Positions 13,890 through 29,206 of a stretch of DNA of 64,000 bases are shown piece after piece (the stretch's first letter is position 1; each line of letters opens with the position of its first letter). The notes beneath the pieces are model-generated. The model saw nothing but the letters and a program-made list of their open reading frames with translations. It made no database searches and was not told the DNA's origin. Position numbers and translations under genes: made by a program. Origin of the DNA: Eledone cirrhosa (Eukaryota). The DNA lies in the NCBI GenBank assembly GCA_964016885.1, contig OZ024755.1:16926001-16990000 (forward strand), in the 5' to 3' direction.

Positions 13890-14372
13890 TATGTTGTCAG
13901 TTTGATACCTGGACAGGGTGCTGTGTCCTGTTCTTGAGCAAAACACTTTATTTTCATGTTGCTTCAGTACAATCAGCTAAGATCAGTGAGTACCAGCAGT
14001 AGTTGGGGAGTTAAACCTATGATAGACTGGCATCCTATCCAGGGAGAGTCTTGTAATTTCAGTCACTTAATACCAAAGATACTGGAGATAAGCACTGGCC
14101 CGATAAGCCTTCAGCTTAGAACAGACTTTAATTTAACTTATCATAGAATGAGGGCAGGGCAGTGGATTGGCAGTATCAGTACAGCGTTCGACACCCTGCT
14201 TTGCAGCATAGAGTTACAGCTCTTTACGTTCTGAGTTCAAATCCCGCCGAGGTTAGCTTTGCCTTTCATCCTTAGAGGTCCATAAAATGAAGTACCAGCA
14301 CTGGGGTCAATTTAATTTACTTTCCTCCTCCCCCGAAATTGCTGGCTTTGTACCTAAATCAGAAACCATTAT
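13890..14372 (+). mobile_element. Old SINE B variant with alternative tail (13890-14130) followed by SINE A (14160-14372)
   Basis: CORE-like centre then gatagactggcatcctatccagggagag; SINE A centre. Confidence 0.75.
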
Positions 14373-16829
14373 TGAATCAGGGGAGGTTTCAGGTAGGTTG
14401 GTATCAAGAGGGTTAATCACAGGTGCAAGAAAATTTATAAGGATGGAAATAGTGATTGTGTAATGTTCACTTATTTCTCAAAAAACAGCTTCGATCAGAA
14501 AGTGAAATCTCGTCATTTAATAAGTATAGAAAAAGTCATAGAATTAACTCCCCAGCTACTACTGGTATTCTCTCTCTCAGCTGAATGTGCTGTATTTATA
14601 TAAAGTGTTTATATTTAGTTAGACCTTTCACCTTCCAACGGAGAGATCTCCCATCCACTTTGAGGTGAGTGAGAGATGTCTTCTCTTGTGAAAATGGGTA
14701 TAGCTTTCATTCTGTAAAATCTCCCCATTTTGCCTCATTTCTCCCTGTTTTGGGGTACTTTTTTCATGGTAATACCCATTTGGGTTTTTAGAGGTTGGCA
14801 AGTCTGTTTAATTAAAAATCTTTCCATCAAATTCTATGTAAAGAACCTTTATGTTTTAAACATATGAGAATGTTAGTTATATTAATAAATCCTTGTAAAT
14901 TCTTGATTATTTTCAAAATTATTTTAATAACATAGGCAGAGTCTTTTATAAGAAATATGGTAACGAAAGAATTAAAGAAAATAGCTTTATCTCTTTTCAT
15001 TTTAATCTCAAATCACCATCCCCACCTTTCCCAGAATCAACTTTCCCTTTCATGATTCTAGGGTTGATAAAAGTAAAATACCTGTTGTTGTTGAGTAGAT
15101 CTATGATTGAAGACAGTCCAACTGTGCCCATCCCATCCTTTTCATATGTGCAGGGCACTTAGGATGATCGTTTTTTTTAAGGTAGTGGTTTTTTTGAGGT
15201 ACGTTTAGCTGCTATTTTTAGTAAGTCAGACATCCACATTGAGGCGCTTTTGTTGGTTTGTGAAGTACGAGTTAAATACAGGGATGGAATTAGTTAATTA
15301 TGTATTTCCTCATTGTAACGATGTTAGTAGTATGGTTTACTTAACCTGCTTGAGTTCAAATCCCACCGTTGTCAACTTTACTATTCATCCTTCTGGAGTC
15401 AATAAAATATAATATCAGACAAATATTGGGATTGATTTAATTGACTAACTCCTTCCCTCAAATTTTTTACTTGTGCCTCAATGCAAAAAATAATTATCAT
15501 TAATTAACTTTTTGTGCCATAGAGTTACAGTCCTTTACGTTCTGAGTTCAAATCCTGTCTAGGTTAGCTTTGCCTTTCATCTTTATGGGATCGATAAAAT
15601 TGACTTTCCCCTCACCTCAAAATTGTCTGCCGTGTGCCTAAATCAGAAACCATTAATGTACTGGGTAATTGCTGGCCTTGTGCCTAAAATAGAAACAATT
15701 ATTCATTTAAACCAGGTATGGTAAACTTTTTTTTGAGGAGTGGGCCACAAAGCATGTGACACAACAAACCTTTTAAGTAATGTTCCTGATATCAGCTTAC
15801 TTATGAACAAAGTTAAGCTATATTATTAAATCCCTCATAATTCTGTATAACAAATATTTTATTATAAAATATGCAAGTGTCTTTTGTGGTTATGAAAATA
15901 TAAAAGGAAGGGAAAATCAAGGGCTCTAGGGTCACAGAAGAATGGAATGGGGTGGGTGATAGGCTCTAGGCCTAGAGTGCGGTGGTATTGGGGGTGCACT
16001 CTATGCTGCAAAGCATGTTGTCTGATGCTCTACCATAACTTAATTATAATTGTTTTTACTTTTGGCACAAGGCCAGCAATTACCCAGTACATTATTGGTA
16101 CTTTATTTTATCGACCCCGTAAGGATGAAAGGCAAAGTTAACCTCGGCAGGATTTGAACTCAGAATGGAAAGGGCCGTAACTCTTTTCGTCAAAGCATCC
16201 GACCCTCTATTAATACTGTATCCCAATAATGATTAACAAAAGAAAAATTCATTACTTACATTATTTATTTACACAATATTTTCAATATATCCTTCCTTAA
16301 TTTTTAGGCTATTTCTAGCAGGCCGAGTGACTCTGTAAAAGCTCTCTCTTATGTGTGTATTTATGTATGTATAACTGATACTCTGTGGTTGTCTATACCT
16401 AAGTATTTCTTTACATAGTCACATGTTTGTTGTGTGTGTATGTGATTTATTTCATATGTATACATTTGTGTTTGATTGCAAATATGTCAAGGAGCTTCTG
16501 TTTCAAGTAATGTTAAATATTTGCCTATATATCTAATATAATATATAATATTTTATTACACTACTCACCAACAGATATATATATAAGTGTATGTATTTAC
16601 ACACATGCAGGCAAATATAGAGCTTTACAATGTAGGAGAAATACTTGAACACAACTACATTTGCATATCCCACCTCCCCATGAAAATATGATGTGTAAAA
16701 CTGGCATGTGACATATCGACTGCATCTACAAAACCTCAGTCAGAAATATATGGTATGTTGTAAATATATTTAAAATGGAGGTGGGACTTATCTATCTCTG
16801 GTTCATGTATGAGTGTATATATGGTATTG

Positions 16830-18070
16830 TCAGGTCAGCCTTCTACTGGTACCATGTAGCCCAGTACAACCTACTTTATGGTCATGTGGTTGGCGACTAA
16901 GCTGTTTTATTGTTGTGTGGTTGGCAACTAAACTGGGTCCTCCACCAGACCCTGGTCTGGTCAGTTCAGGTTTCTGCCAGCTACTGGTACCATGTAGCCT
17001 AATACAACCTGCTTTATTGTTGTGTGGTTGGCAACTAAACTGGGTCCTCCACCAGACCCTGGTCTGGTCAGTTCAGGCTTCTGCCAGCTACTGGTACCAT
17101 GTAACCCAGTACAACCTGCTTTATTGTTGTGTGGTTGGCAACTAAACTGGGTCCTCCACCAGACCCTGGTCGGGTCAGTTCAGGTTTCTGCCAGCTACTG
17201 GTACCATGTAGCCTAATACAACCTGCTTTATTGTTGTGTGGTTGGCAACTAAACTGGGTCCTCCACCAGACCCTGGTCTGGTCAGTTCAGGTTTCTGCCA
17301 GCTACTGGTACCATGTAGCCTAATACAACCTGCTTTATTGTTGTGTGGTTGGCAACTAAACTGGGTCCTCCATCTGACCCTGGTCTGGTCAGTTCAGGTT
17401 TCTGCCAGCTACTGGTACCATGTAGCCTAATACAACCTGCTTTATTGTTGTGTGGTTGGCAACTAAACTGGGTCCTCCATCTGACCCTGGTCTGGTCAGT
17501 TCAGGTTTCTGCCAGCTACTGGTACCATGTAGCCTAATACAACCTGTTTTATTGTTGTGTGGTTGGCAACTAAACTGGGTCCTCCATCTGACCCTGGTCT
17601 GGTCAGTTCAGGTTTCTGCCAGCTACTGGTACCATGTAACCCAGTACAACTTGCTTTATTGTTGTGTGGTTGGCAACTAAACTGGGTCCACCATCTGACC
17701 CTGGTCTGGTCAGTTCAGGCTTCTGCCAGCTACTGGTACCATGTAACCCAGTACAACCTGCTTTATTGTTGTGTGGTTGGCAACTAAACTGGGTCCTCCA
17801 TCTGACCCTGGTCTTGTCAGTTCAGGCTTCTGCCAGCTACTGGTACCATGTAACCCAGTACAACCTGCTTTATTGCTGTGTGGTTGGCAACTAAACTGGG
17901 TCCTCCACCAGACCCTGGTCTTGTCAGTTCAGGCTTCTGCCAGCTACTGGTACCATGTAACCCAGTACAACCTGCTTCATGGTTGTATAGTCAGTGACTA
18001 AACTGGATCCTTCGCCAGACCCTGGTCTGGTCAGGTCAGGCTTCCGCCTGTTACTGGTACCATGTAGCCC
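16830..18070. repeat. 107-bp tandem repeat, about 10 homogeneous units plus divergent end units
   Basis: ORF starts recur every 107 bp (17022, 17129 ... 17771); homologous array at 57968-58300 in opposite orientation. Confidence 0.97.
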
Positions 18071-19214
18071 AATTTTTAAAAGGAGCCATTCTCTCAGTGC
18101 TTCTCTTCCTTCACTTCCCTAACATAGTTTTGTTTTCACCTTGCAAAATTTCTCTCAGTGGCTCTGATAATCAGTCTTCTTGATGAGAGCTGACCTTGAG
18201 CTAAACATGCTAACTTTCTCAGCTGATCATCATAGCCTAATTCATTTAGACATTTCTTTCTTTCTTTCTTTCTTTCTTTTTATCTGCTACACACACCCAT
18301 ACAGCCACACACTATTGCATGTTTTTTTTTTATCTCAGTAAGAATGAGGAACCAGTTTAGGTGGGCATTCCATCAGATATGTCAAGTATATACTTCAGAC
18401 CTGGCCTAGTTTATAGTTGAAAACCACACAGGTTTGGAAAAGATAGTTATCTGTAGTATAACAGATATGTAGTCAAGCAAAAACTAAACAGTATTGCTTA
18501 CATATCTCATCAGATATCTTTTAGTTATCTCTTATATTTTTACCACTTAGTCAGGAATAGAAACAGAGCAGCCATGTTCTTTAATTATTTCACAGATCCC
18601 GAGACAGTTGGGAAGAAAACAGGAAGTTATCTATAAACCAGAGATCATGTCTGAAAGGTTTCAATAGAGTGAGCTTCAAATTATAAAGGCATTCAAGGAT
18701 CAGGTAGTGGTGCCATAACCACCACCATCACCATCATCATCATCATTGTCACCACCACCATCATCATCATCATCATCATCATGACCACCACCACCACCAT
18801 TATCATCATCATGACCACCACAACCACCACCACAGTTTGCAACTAAGATTCACCCTTTTAATACCATATTTCTTATGAAATACACTGCCTATAATTTTCA
18901 AATTATTTTGAAAATAATAAAAAATTTTGAGGGTTTTAATGTAACTAACTTTTTCCTTATCAAGTTGGTGTTTGGAACATAACTTAATAAAGGTGCTTTC
19001 TTAACAAAGAAAAACAAAAGGTGAAGTTTTGTGTGTAATTCGTTCATTGTTTTGCAATCGTTTCAGAAGGTTGATTGATCTTGATAAATCAATACAATGA
19101 CCAATCAATAGTAGTTATGTAACTCCATATTGTTCGGCTCCATACAATAGATCCATCTCACTGTCTTTATCAAAATTATGAATGAAGGTTTTTAGATAAA
19201 TATGCATGTAAAAA

Positions 19215-19760
19215 TACAGTCCACGCTGTAATATGGTCGTGTAGGTAACACGGTAAAAAGCTCCCAGTCCACACTGTAAATGTGGTTGGTGTGTTAGGAA
19301 GGGCATCCAGCCATAGAAAACTTGCCAGACAGTCCTATATGAGTGAGACACGGTCAGCCGACCAACCTTGCCTCAAATAGGACAATTCCCATCTAACCCA
19401 TGCTAGTGTGGAAGATAGACGTTAAACGATGATGATGATGATGATGATGATGGTCTCTTAACTTCTGGGGGAGCTGTAGGGGCGCTGTATTGACATACAG
19501 CATTTCTAGGGCATTTTAAAACCTGGTGGAATACAGCAGATTTCTTCCAGAGAAGGATAGGGAGGAGTGAGAGAATGGAAGTGAGAAAGAGATATGGAGG
19601 AAGAATTGACCCCAGTAGTAGACTGGTAGTTTTTTTTTATTGAACTTGAATGGATGAAAGGTGAAGTTGATCTTGGTGGGATTTGAACTGAGAGAGCAGA
19701 GAGCTGAAACAAATACTGCAAAGCATTTTATCCGACATTCTAATGACCCTGTCAACTTGT
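19215..19760. mobile_element. Headless RTE-tailed SINE (+, 19215-19452) and an older SINE A-related element with long tail (-, 19455-19760)
   Basis: (GAT)n tail. The minus element carries the accagtctactactggggtcaattc segment that is amplified at 29511-31015. Confidence 0.7.
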
Positions 19761-20348
19761 TGCCTGGTGGTGGCAATGATGATAGCAGCAATGGTAGTGG
19801 AGGACAGTTATGACAACAATGGTTATAAATAAAAAGACAATGATGGTGATGATGATGATGATGATGACAATAATAATGATCCAATAATGATAACATCTCA
19901 AACAAAACAGAAGAAAAATGTATTACTTACTTTCTTCATTAACACGATTTTTCCATTGGCTGAATATTGATTGCTAATCCTAACTTCTGTTGTGAGTTGA
20001 GACATTATGTTAAGAAGTTTCATTGTTAACACTACAACAGCTAAATATAAAATGTTTCTTAAGTGATGAAATATGTTATTGACAATTCTATTATTTCAAT
20101 GCTAGGCTTAATCTGTTACTCAGTTCAACTACCAAACTGCTACAAACTGTACTCAATTCTATGGTAGATCTAATTTGAAGATCTAATCTGTCACCTGGTT
20201 TAACTACCAAACTCGCTGAGTGGTAAGAGAATTGGGTTCACAATCGTGAGGTTGTGAGTTCGATTCCCAGACCGGGCAATGCGTTATGTCCTTAAGCAAG
20301 ACACTTTATTTCACGTTGCTCCTTCTGTCTGGGATCGTATAGATCGAC

Positions 20349-20385
<37 letters not shown>

Positions 20386-20589
20386 AAACATAAATTATCG
20401 AGATTCGCATTTCGGCCCACGAAATAACGAAAAGCAACCTCCGAGATGTGCGGCAAGTGCTCAATGATTCAGATGAACCAGAGCTATAACAAACGCTAAA
20501 GGCCAAACACACTGAGACGATGGTTAAACAATCATTCGCATAGCCAAAAAAACCGATCAAGTAATTCGGGTATTGAAAATTTATATATT

Positions 20590-20995
20590 GGATTGGCAGT
20601 ATCGGTAGAGAGTCGGACACCATGCTTTGGCGCATAGTTACGGCCCTTGCCATTCTGAGTTCAAATCCCGCCGAGGGTAACTTTGCCTTTCATCCTTACG
20701 GGGTCGATAAAATAAAGTACCAGTAATGTACTGAGTAATTGCGGCCTTGTGCCTAAAATAGAAACAATTATTTATATTTATAAAAGGGTGGTGGATTGGC
20801 AGTATCGGTAGAGTGTCGGACAACATGCTTTGCCGCTTAGAATTTACGTTTTGAGTTCACATCCCGTTAAGGTTAGCTTTGCCTTTCATCTTTACCGGGT
20901 CGATAAAATAAAGTACCAGTAATGAACTGGATTTGATTTAGTCGACTTTTCCTTCCCCCAAATTGTTGACCTTGTGCTTAAACCAGAAACTATTA
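20590..20995 (+). mobile_element. Two tandem SINE A copies
   Basis: Full heads at about 20590 and 20787. Confidence 0.88.
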
Positions 20996-21119
20996 TTTAT
21001 ATTAGAAAGGCTGGTTTGTATTGGTGATGATGAGAGACTTTTGTATTCAGCACATCGATGAAGAAATCAACTGAACTACTGCACTGATATATATGATATT
21101 GATATATATGATATTGATA

Positions 21120-22265
<1,146 letters not shown>

Positions 22266-23614
22266 TATCAATATCATCATCACTGTTTATCATTCGTTTT
22301 TTACACTGGCATGGGTTGGACAGGTTGTCACATGTTGAGTCATAGATAGGTTTGATGATTACATCCTGCTCACACATTCTCAATACACACACATTTATAT
22401 ATATGTATGTAACTACAACCTATGTCTATATAAAAACAAGGCAATTAAGGTTTCAATGACATAAATACCTCCCATTCAGTTCTCTTGATGTTAACTAATA
22501 CATTATTAAACTATCATTATTCAATTATATTTCTATTGCGTTTCATTTTATGCCTTAAATTTAGAACAGGATTTAGAAATATTTTTTTAAATCTTTCAGG
22601 AGATTCATCTTTAATTAAATCAAAATTTGAACCTTTAGTGATAGGCATGATCAATTAGTAGAAGTGTTAGGATGTTGAATGGAATGTTTGAGGGTAAAAC
22701 CGGAGCATGCAGAGATTTGGTGATGTCCAGAGCCAATTTCTTGATGTCCAGAGCCAATTTCTTGATTGTATGCCCTTAAAACTTAAATACGAGACCTAGT
22801 GCTGAGAAATATGAGCAAGGAAGATATTTTAAATATGTAAAAACAGATGAAACATGAAATAAACGTTTCACATCAGCCACATAAGTTTTGTCCGAGTATA
22901 GGCAATGAATTTCAAGTGAATAAATTTCTCCGCCTTTTGATCTGGGCAGAAAACTGGGCACAGATTTTAGATGGGTGCTTGAGAAATTTAAGTAGGAACT
23001 GCACTTAGTAGCCGTATTAACAGGAGAATCCTGTGTAACTCTTTGGTTGGATGCTCCCACCACTTACGCTGATATGGTTGACCTGAGCTGTAACACTCTC
23101 TGACTCCTCTTTCTGTATGCTATTGGTGTAGAAGTGTTGGAGGAAATGTTTGAATGTAGAAGTGTTGCATAAAATGTCTGATGACAGGAGTGTTTGATGA
23201 AATGTAGAAGTGTAGAAGTATTTGATGAAATATCTATGTATAAAAGTGTTGAATAAAATGTATAATGGCAGAAGTGAGTGTCTCATTTTCAGCTGAGTAT
23301 AGTGAAGCAACGTGAAATGAAATGTTTTGCTCAAGAACACAACACACAACTCAGCCCAGTAATCGAACCCACAGTCCAAAGCCTTTACCACTAGGCCACG
23401 CGCCTCCACAATGTGCTAAAAGTAGAAACAGATATTTATTGTGATAAAAATATCACATTATTGACGTAGTTTAGTCCATGAAATCATTTGGTTTCATATG
23501 TCTCATTTTTCTTCCTGTTCTTCTAAAGGTACGGGTTGCCAACGTCACCCCACCTCCAAAAATGAATAGATGTTATTTATTGAATATGGAATGTGTCATC
23601 AACAACCGGGGTAA

Positions 23615-23945
23615 GGGCAAATGCCCCCTTCGGTCACGAATGACCATGGGATTTTCACCTAGAAAGTTTCCCTCCGAGGCAGAAGTCCGAGCAAGGTTGT
23701 TTGTGGAAGACCAGCAGTCGCCCATGCATACCAGCCCCCCACACCTCTCCATACCACCGATGATGTCCAAAGGAAAGACAATGGCCGATACAACTTGGCA
23801 CCAGTAACGTCGCAATTCATTTCTACAGCAGAGTAAACTGGAGCAACGTGAAATAAAGTGTCTTGCTCAAGGATACAACGCATCACTCGATCCGAGAATC
23901 GAACTCACAACCTTTCAGCTGCAAGCCCAATGTTCTAACCACTCC
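23615..23945 (-). mobile_element. SINE B head/centre with a third type of tail
   Basis: Reverse complement of the SINE B head and CORE-like centre at 23820-23945; distinct tail ending ggtcattcgtgaccgaagggg. Confidence 0.75.
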
Positions 23946-24144
23946 CCACCAAATCCCCCAAAACACAATCTGTGTGGCTGTACTGTTTTTGAATAATAAA
24001 CAAGCCTTTGTTTTTGTTTTGATTGCCAGCAGAGAAGTGAGGAGGAGATTCTTGCTATCTGTTATAAGAACACATCAAAACAATTTTCAGAAAAGCTTTA
24101 CAGTGATGAAAGGAAGGTGAAAGAGAAACTTCTTAGGTGTATTA

Positions 24145-24326
24145 CGAGGGTGGGCAGACTATGAAGGCGTGATGTTAGAGCTGTGAAATCTTGCAAGCAT
24201 TAATTTCAACACTTGTTATTAATAACTGCGTTGTTTCTTTCCAGGGTCTATATTGAAAAATAAATCTCATTTGGTCATTCCATAAGAGTATCTTGGTCAG
24301 CCTATGAACTTTGCAGCCTACCCTCG
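24145..24326. mobile_element. Mariner-type MITE
   Basis: TA-CGAGGGTGGGC ... GCCTACCCTCG-TA terminal inverted repeats with TA flanks. Confidence 0.7.
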
Positions 24327-25265
24327 TACAATGAATTAGTAGAGTCATTAGAATGTTGGATAAAATATTTTTTCAGTATTTGTTCTAGCACTCTGAGCTC
24401 AAATCTCACCTTGGTCAACTTCATTTTTCATCGCTTTGAGGTTAATAAAATACCAGTTGAATACTAGGTGCAATATTTCCTCTATATTTCCTTATCACTT
24501 CCTCTTTCTTCTCTGTAAAGAAACCGACTGTGTTCAGGCCTGGAGAAAGTTGGCTTCCGCCAGGTTTAAATGTCCAAACATTTCAGTATATCGCTATATC
24601 TTTCTCCACAACTTAAACTGGAGCAATGGCCGACGAATGGACGCCAATTGTAGGATTTTCCAACTGTGTTCCTTTCATAGAATCCATGCTTTCTCAGAAA
24701 ATCTGGTTTCTTTGAAACCATGTTTACATAAAACTAATGCATTTTTAGGCAATATCTTTTTGTCTGCCCACTTATTTCTGAGAGAGTCGTAGAGGCAGAG
24801 TTCTCAAATAGATTAATAAAATGTACATTTAAAATATACCCCCAAACGATTACGATTATAAAGTAAGGAATTGAACTCGCATCCTAGTGTGTTTAAAACA
24901 CCACCATAAAGCATAGGTTTTCCATTGTTTACTAAACATTACCTACTCTTCTACACAGGTAATCATCTCCTACTGCATGTTTTTATCTCATCTTTTTCAC
25001 AAAAGCCCGCCATAAAGACAGGTTCATATAATAGAAGGCTTGGTTATTTACTTTACATCTCAACGAAGTAATACGAGTGTATACTTGTGATCAATAATTT
25101 ATTGAATTATATTTGTTACTTTCTTGAGTTACGTTGAGCTCTTTTCTCTCCATCTGTTGTCAATCTTTTGTACTCAACAAACGAAGCAAAAACTAAATTA
25201 TACCTTTCTTGTGAAGCACTTTCAACTACAAATATACAGAACGTTGAAACAACTCATTGACTTTT

Positions 25266-25303
<38 letters not shown>

Positions 25304-27660
25304 ATTTAAATGAAACAAAATCATTTAATTGATTGAAGACTGTCTCTTACCTATCTTACTGAGAACTATAAAAATCACATTGAGCTTTGAAATATTCTTT
25401 GCCTTTCAAAAGACAATATTTTAAAATATGAAAATTAAGCAACTTTACTAAAATAAAAAAACTCGGTTGATGAGCATACAGGCAACATCATAAATTCAAA
25501 TATAGATTTAAATTATATAAGTCAAATTCATTGAAATTTTATGACACCATTTATAATTTACAGAAATATATAACTAACAACTAGAGTTTTAAGATAATTT
25601 TCGAACTAAAATAGGTGTTAGATTTATGGTCGCCATGACAGTTTTTTCATTCTCATTGCATCCATTTTGTGGCAATGTTTTATGACATCCACCAGTCTAA
25701 GTCACCACTTACGACACTTATGGACACTGTGTACCTATTCTAAATCAGATACAAAGCATAATAATTGTTTCTACTTTTGGCACAAATCTAGCAATTATCT
25801 CAGTGTATTACTGGTACTTTATTTTATCGACCCCGTAAGGACGAAAGACAAAATTAACTTAGGCGCGATTTGAAATCAGACAGTAAAGGGATGTAACGTT
25901 ATGCTGGAAAGCATGGCGTCCGACCAGCATAATAATTGTTTCTACATTTGGCACAAGGCCAGCAAATACCCAGTACATTACTGGTACTTTATTTTATCGA
26001 CCAGCATAATAATATATTATGAAATGTGCCCCCGCCATTTTCGACGATGTTTGTTTGTGTGATCCAGTTTGATCAAATGGAACATCCTGCTCATGAAATT
26101 AACGTGTACGTGACTGATCATCCCACAGACACGTAGGCCATTTAGTGTTCGTTGTGGTGTGTGGCAAAGCTGATCCGTTGAATTACAGGTATAGTCCACC
26201 CGAAGGGCTTCCAAATATTTTCTATCTCTCCCCAATTTCACTAAGCTATAGGACGGATCAGAAGTTATGTTAAATAACTCATGTCCAAAACGCCACGTAG
26301 TGTGATCGAATCCTATTGTGAAGCGAAGTTCTTAACTATTTGTCTATGCTGTGTGGGTGTTTGACGTACGATCATGATATCATGGGTTCGATTCCTAGAT
26401 TGGGTTGTGTTCTTGAGCACACGTTGCTCCAGTATACTCAACTAAAAATAAGTACCAGCAGTAGCTGGGGGTTTAACCCAGCGATGGACTGGCGTCATGT
26501 GGGGGTGGGGGGGGGGGGGGGGTCGTGTACTCTCAGTCGCTTCACGCCCCAGAAACCGGTATAGGAATCGGCCTGATGAAACGCCGAGCTCGCGACAGAC
26601 TTTATCTTGCACCCACAGAAATATTTTATGTATGTATATATATTATGTACATATATTATGTGTATATATATATGTAGTCATATATACAGGTTTTAGCAAC
26701 AATAGTAGCATTCTTTATTATTAACAACAAGCAATAGAATGACATTCAACACGTGGCGACAATTTCTTTTTTTCAACGCATTATTTTGAAAGCTGTAGAT
26801 ATCTAAGCTATAGGAATATATTGAGTTCTTGTTTCTTTGATTTGTTTTATTTCGTATAGTTCTAAACATGTCTTAATTCTTTTCATATTCCACGGCCCCT
26901 TACCACCCCCTGCTTCATGCAAATCTTTAAACTACATTTTAAATTCTCCGCCATTTACATGTGTGAGCGACTGGTTTTGACATTTCTGCTCAAACAAAAG
27001 GGGACACCTTTCCATAAATTATTTATACAACAGCCTATTTATTAAGCTGTGTTGTTGTTTTTCTTCACATTTCTTAAAGCAATAGAAAAAGACATTTTAA
27101 CTAAGTTAACTTTACTAAAGACACAGTAGAGATATTTGTCACATTTTATGACAGTATCTTTACTTTGCCTTGAAAGAAACAACCATTTTCTCTCTCGTTT
27201 TCTGTATTTTTCTCTGGATCTCTGGATATTACAGTATGATATTCTGTACTGACTGTGTTCTACCATATATTTGTAATTGTAAATATCCTTTTTATATACT
27301 TACGATTTCTCACCCACCTTCTCACTTTGATATCCACTCTCTATCTCATTTTGATATCCACTCTCTCTCTCTCACTTTGGTATCTACTCTCTCTCTCTCT
27401 CTCTGACATTCACAATCTCTCTGTTACTATCTCTCCCTATTTAACATTTGTTTTCTTTCTCTATTACTGATATTTCAGTATCTCTTTTGATCTCAACCGC
27501 ACTTTCTCTATCATATATACACACATACACTTCCAAACTGTTTATCTTAGTATACACACACACACACACACACACACACATAATCGTTACACTATTGATC
27601 ATGATGTTGTATCAAGCATTAACAGAAGACGTTCAAACACAATGACTGTAGCAAATAAAG

Positions 27661-27710
<50 letters not shown>

Positions 27711-27734
27711 CGACTTCTGTTAATGCTCTCTCTC

Positions 27735-27772
<38 letters not shown>

Positions 27773-27773
<1 letters not shown>

Positions 27774-27903
27774 ATCCCGGGTTCAATCGGGGGTAACCAC
27801 AGTAAGTAAGGTACTCAATACATAGAGTATATACAATATTTAATATAGAAATGGCTTCTACAGGACTAGAACTGTTTCATTCGAAAGAAATCATCAGGAA
27901 AGC
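27773..27903 (-). mobile_element. Penelope-like terminal-repeat remnant, copy of 797-926
   Basis: Reverse-complement match over about 130 bp; abuts (TG)n and (TA)n. Confidence 0.7.
27854..27903 (-). ncRNA. Type I hammerhead ribozyme motif
   Basis: gctttc-CTGATGA-t-ttc-tttc-gaa-t-GAAACAG-ttctagtc-CTGTA-gaagc; intact core and GUA site, weak stem II. Confidence 0.55.
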
Positions 27904-28158
27904 GATGATATATATATATATACAACACAATCGGTACAACATATGGAAGGGATATATTCATCATCATCATCACTCGTCGACTACTGTCGAGATGATGGAT
28001 CTCACTCTCATGCCCCAGAATCCCCTGTCCCCCATCGCTGCCCCCCAGGTCCTGTCTGCTGATTCCCGTATCCCTAGAGATAACGTCAGGGAATGACAGC
28101 TTCCTACTCCTAGTCAGGCTGGATATATTAGGTTAACGCTTGATATAGCAGGAGAGGG

Positions 28159-28194
28159 TCTTAACATTTCGGACGCTAGTCCTTCATCAGAAGA
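28159..28194 (-). ncRNA. Minimal Penelope-type hammerhead ribozyme motif
   Basis: tctt-CTGATGA-a-ggac-tagc-gtcc-GAAA-TGTT-aaga; the expected palindromic AACGTT carries a C>T change. Confidence 0.7.
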
Positions 28195-28293
28195 AAGAAT
28201 GAGAAATAAGAGAGATTGAGGGGACGGGCGGGTTGGAATTGGAAAAAATGTCTTTAGATAAAAAATAACAGGTCCATTCGTGTTGACATCTCT

Positions 28294-28332
<39 letters not shown>

Positions 28333-28539
28333 CATATTATCCTCTGGTGACATTGAATATGAATGAAATGTTAACTGCTTTTTTCTTTTTACTAAAATCA
28401 CTACATCACCCTCTCTGAACATTTAAGCCAGTTATGGGCAAACTGCGATCCCTTTAACTTTCTGAAAGGCACGCCTAATTTCAAAATTGTCTTGACATTT
28501 TTTTTAGTAGTGCGGCCTGTCTTATGATGAATCACATCT

Positions 28540-28893
28540 TATAATAATATATGAAATAATTGTGTACAGTGCTCAGGTGCACTACAACTCATCAAAAGTG
28601 CATGTATAGTACATAGAATAATGTACAAATGCCAGGAAAATGAACAGTGTACGAGTCATGAAATACATTGTTGCGTGTGTATGGAGGGGGGCGGGGGGGC
28701 ACCAAGTATAGTGTTGGCGAATCTCAGGAAGCATAGATGTTTTAAAGGATACAGTGTCTCGACATCTAATAACTGATGCAGGTAGTTTGTTCCATGCTTC
28801 AGCGACTCTGAGCGTGAAAAAATGTTTCCGAAAGTCATGGGAGCTGTGCTGTTTTCTGACTTTGTAGGCATGCCCACGTGTGTTAGACACATG
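28540..28893 (-). mobile_element. CR1-clade LINE 3' fragment
   Basis: NTRGHAYKV...FRKHFFTLRVAEAWNKLP..V is a CR1 ORF2 C-terminus; second copy at 43709-43987. Confidence 0.88.
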
Positions 28894-29206
28894 GAAATCA
28901 AAAGGCGACCTATTGCTCGAAAAAAGTTGTCCATGCCTGATTTAAGTCTTCTTTACGTCATAGTAATTAAGCCCATTGGTGAACATATTTTTAACGAAAT
29001 ACATTGTGTTTCAGTTCATTTCATTTCGGAAAGAATTTGCAGCTATTTAAGTAAGAATAACCAACGTCTTTCTTAAGTTGGTGTTTGGAACAAAACAAAG
29101 GGTTATTGAATAGAATCAATTAGAAACAGTTTTAATTCATATACAAACATTTTAAAATTTGAAGTTTTGTTCCTGTATTTTGGTAGCAAATTTGCTGTCG
29201 TTATCT

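Noticed and set aside
14581-14664. Extra exon (tctctctcag ... GAG|gtgagt)
   Set aside because: Good splice-like signals but stops in all frames; untestable without RNA data.
18596-18703. Extra exon (cacag ... CAG|gtagtg)
   Set aside because: Stops in all three frames; could only be a UTR exon and nothing supports it.
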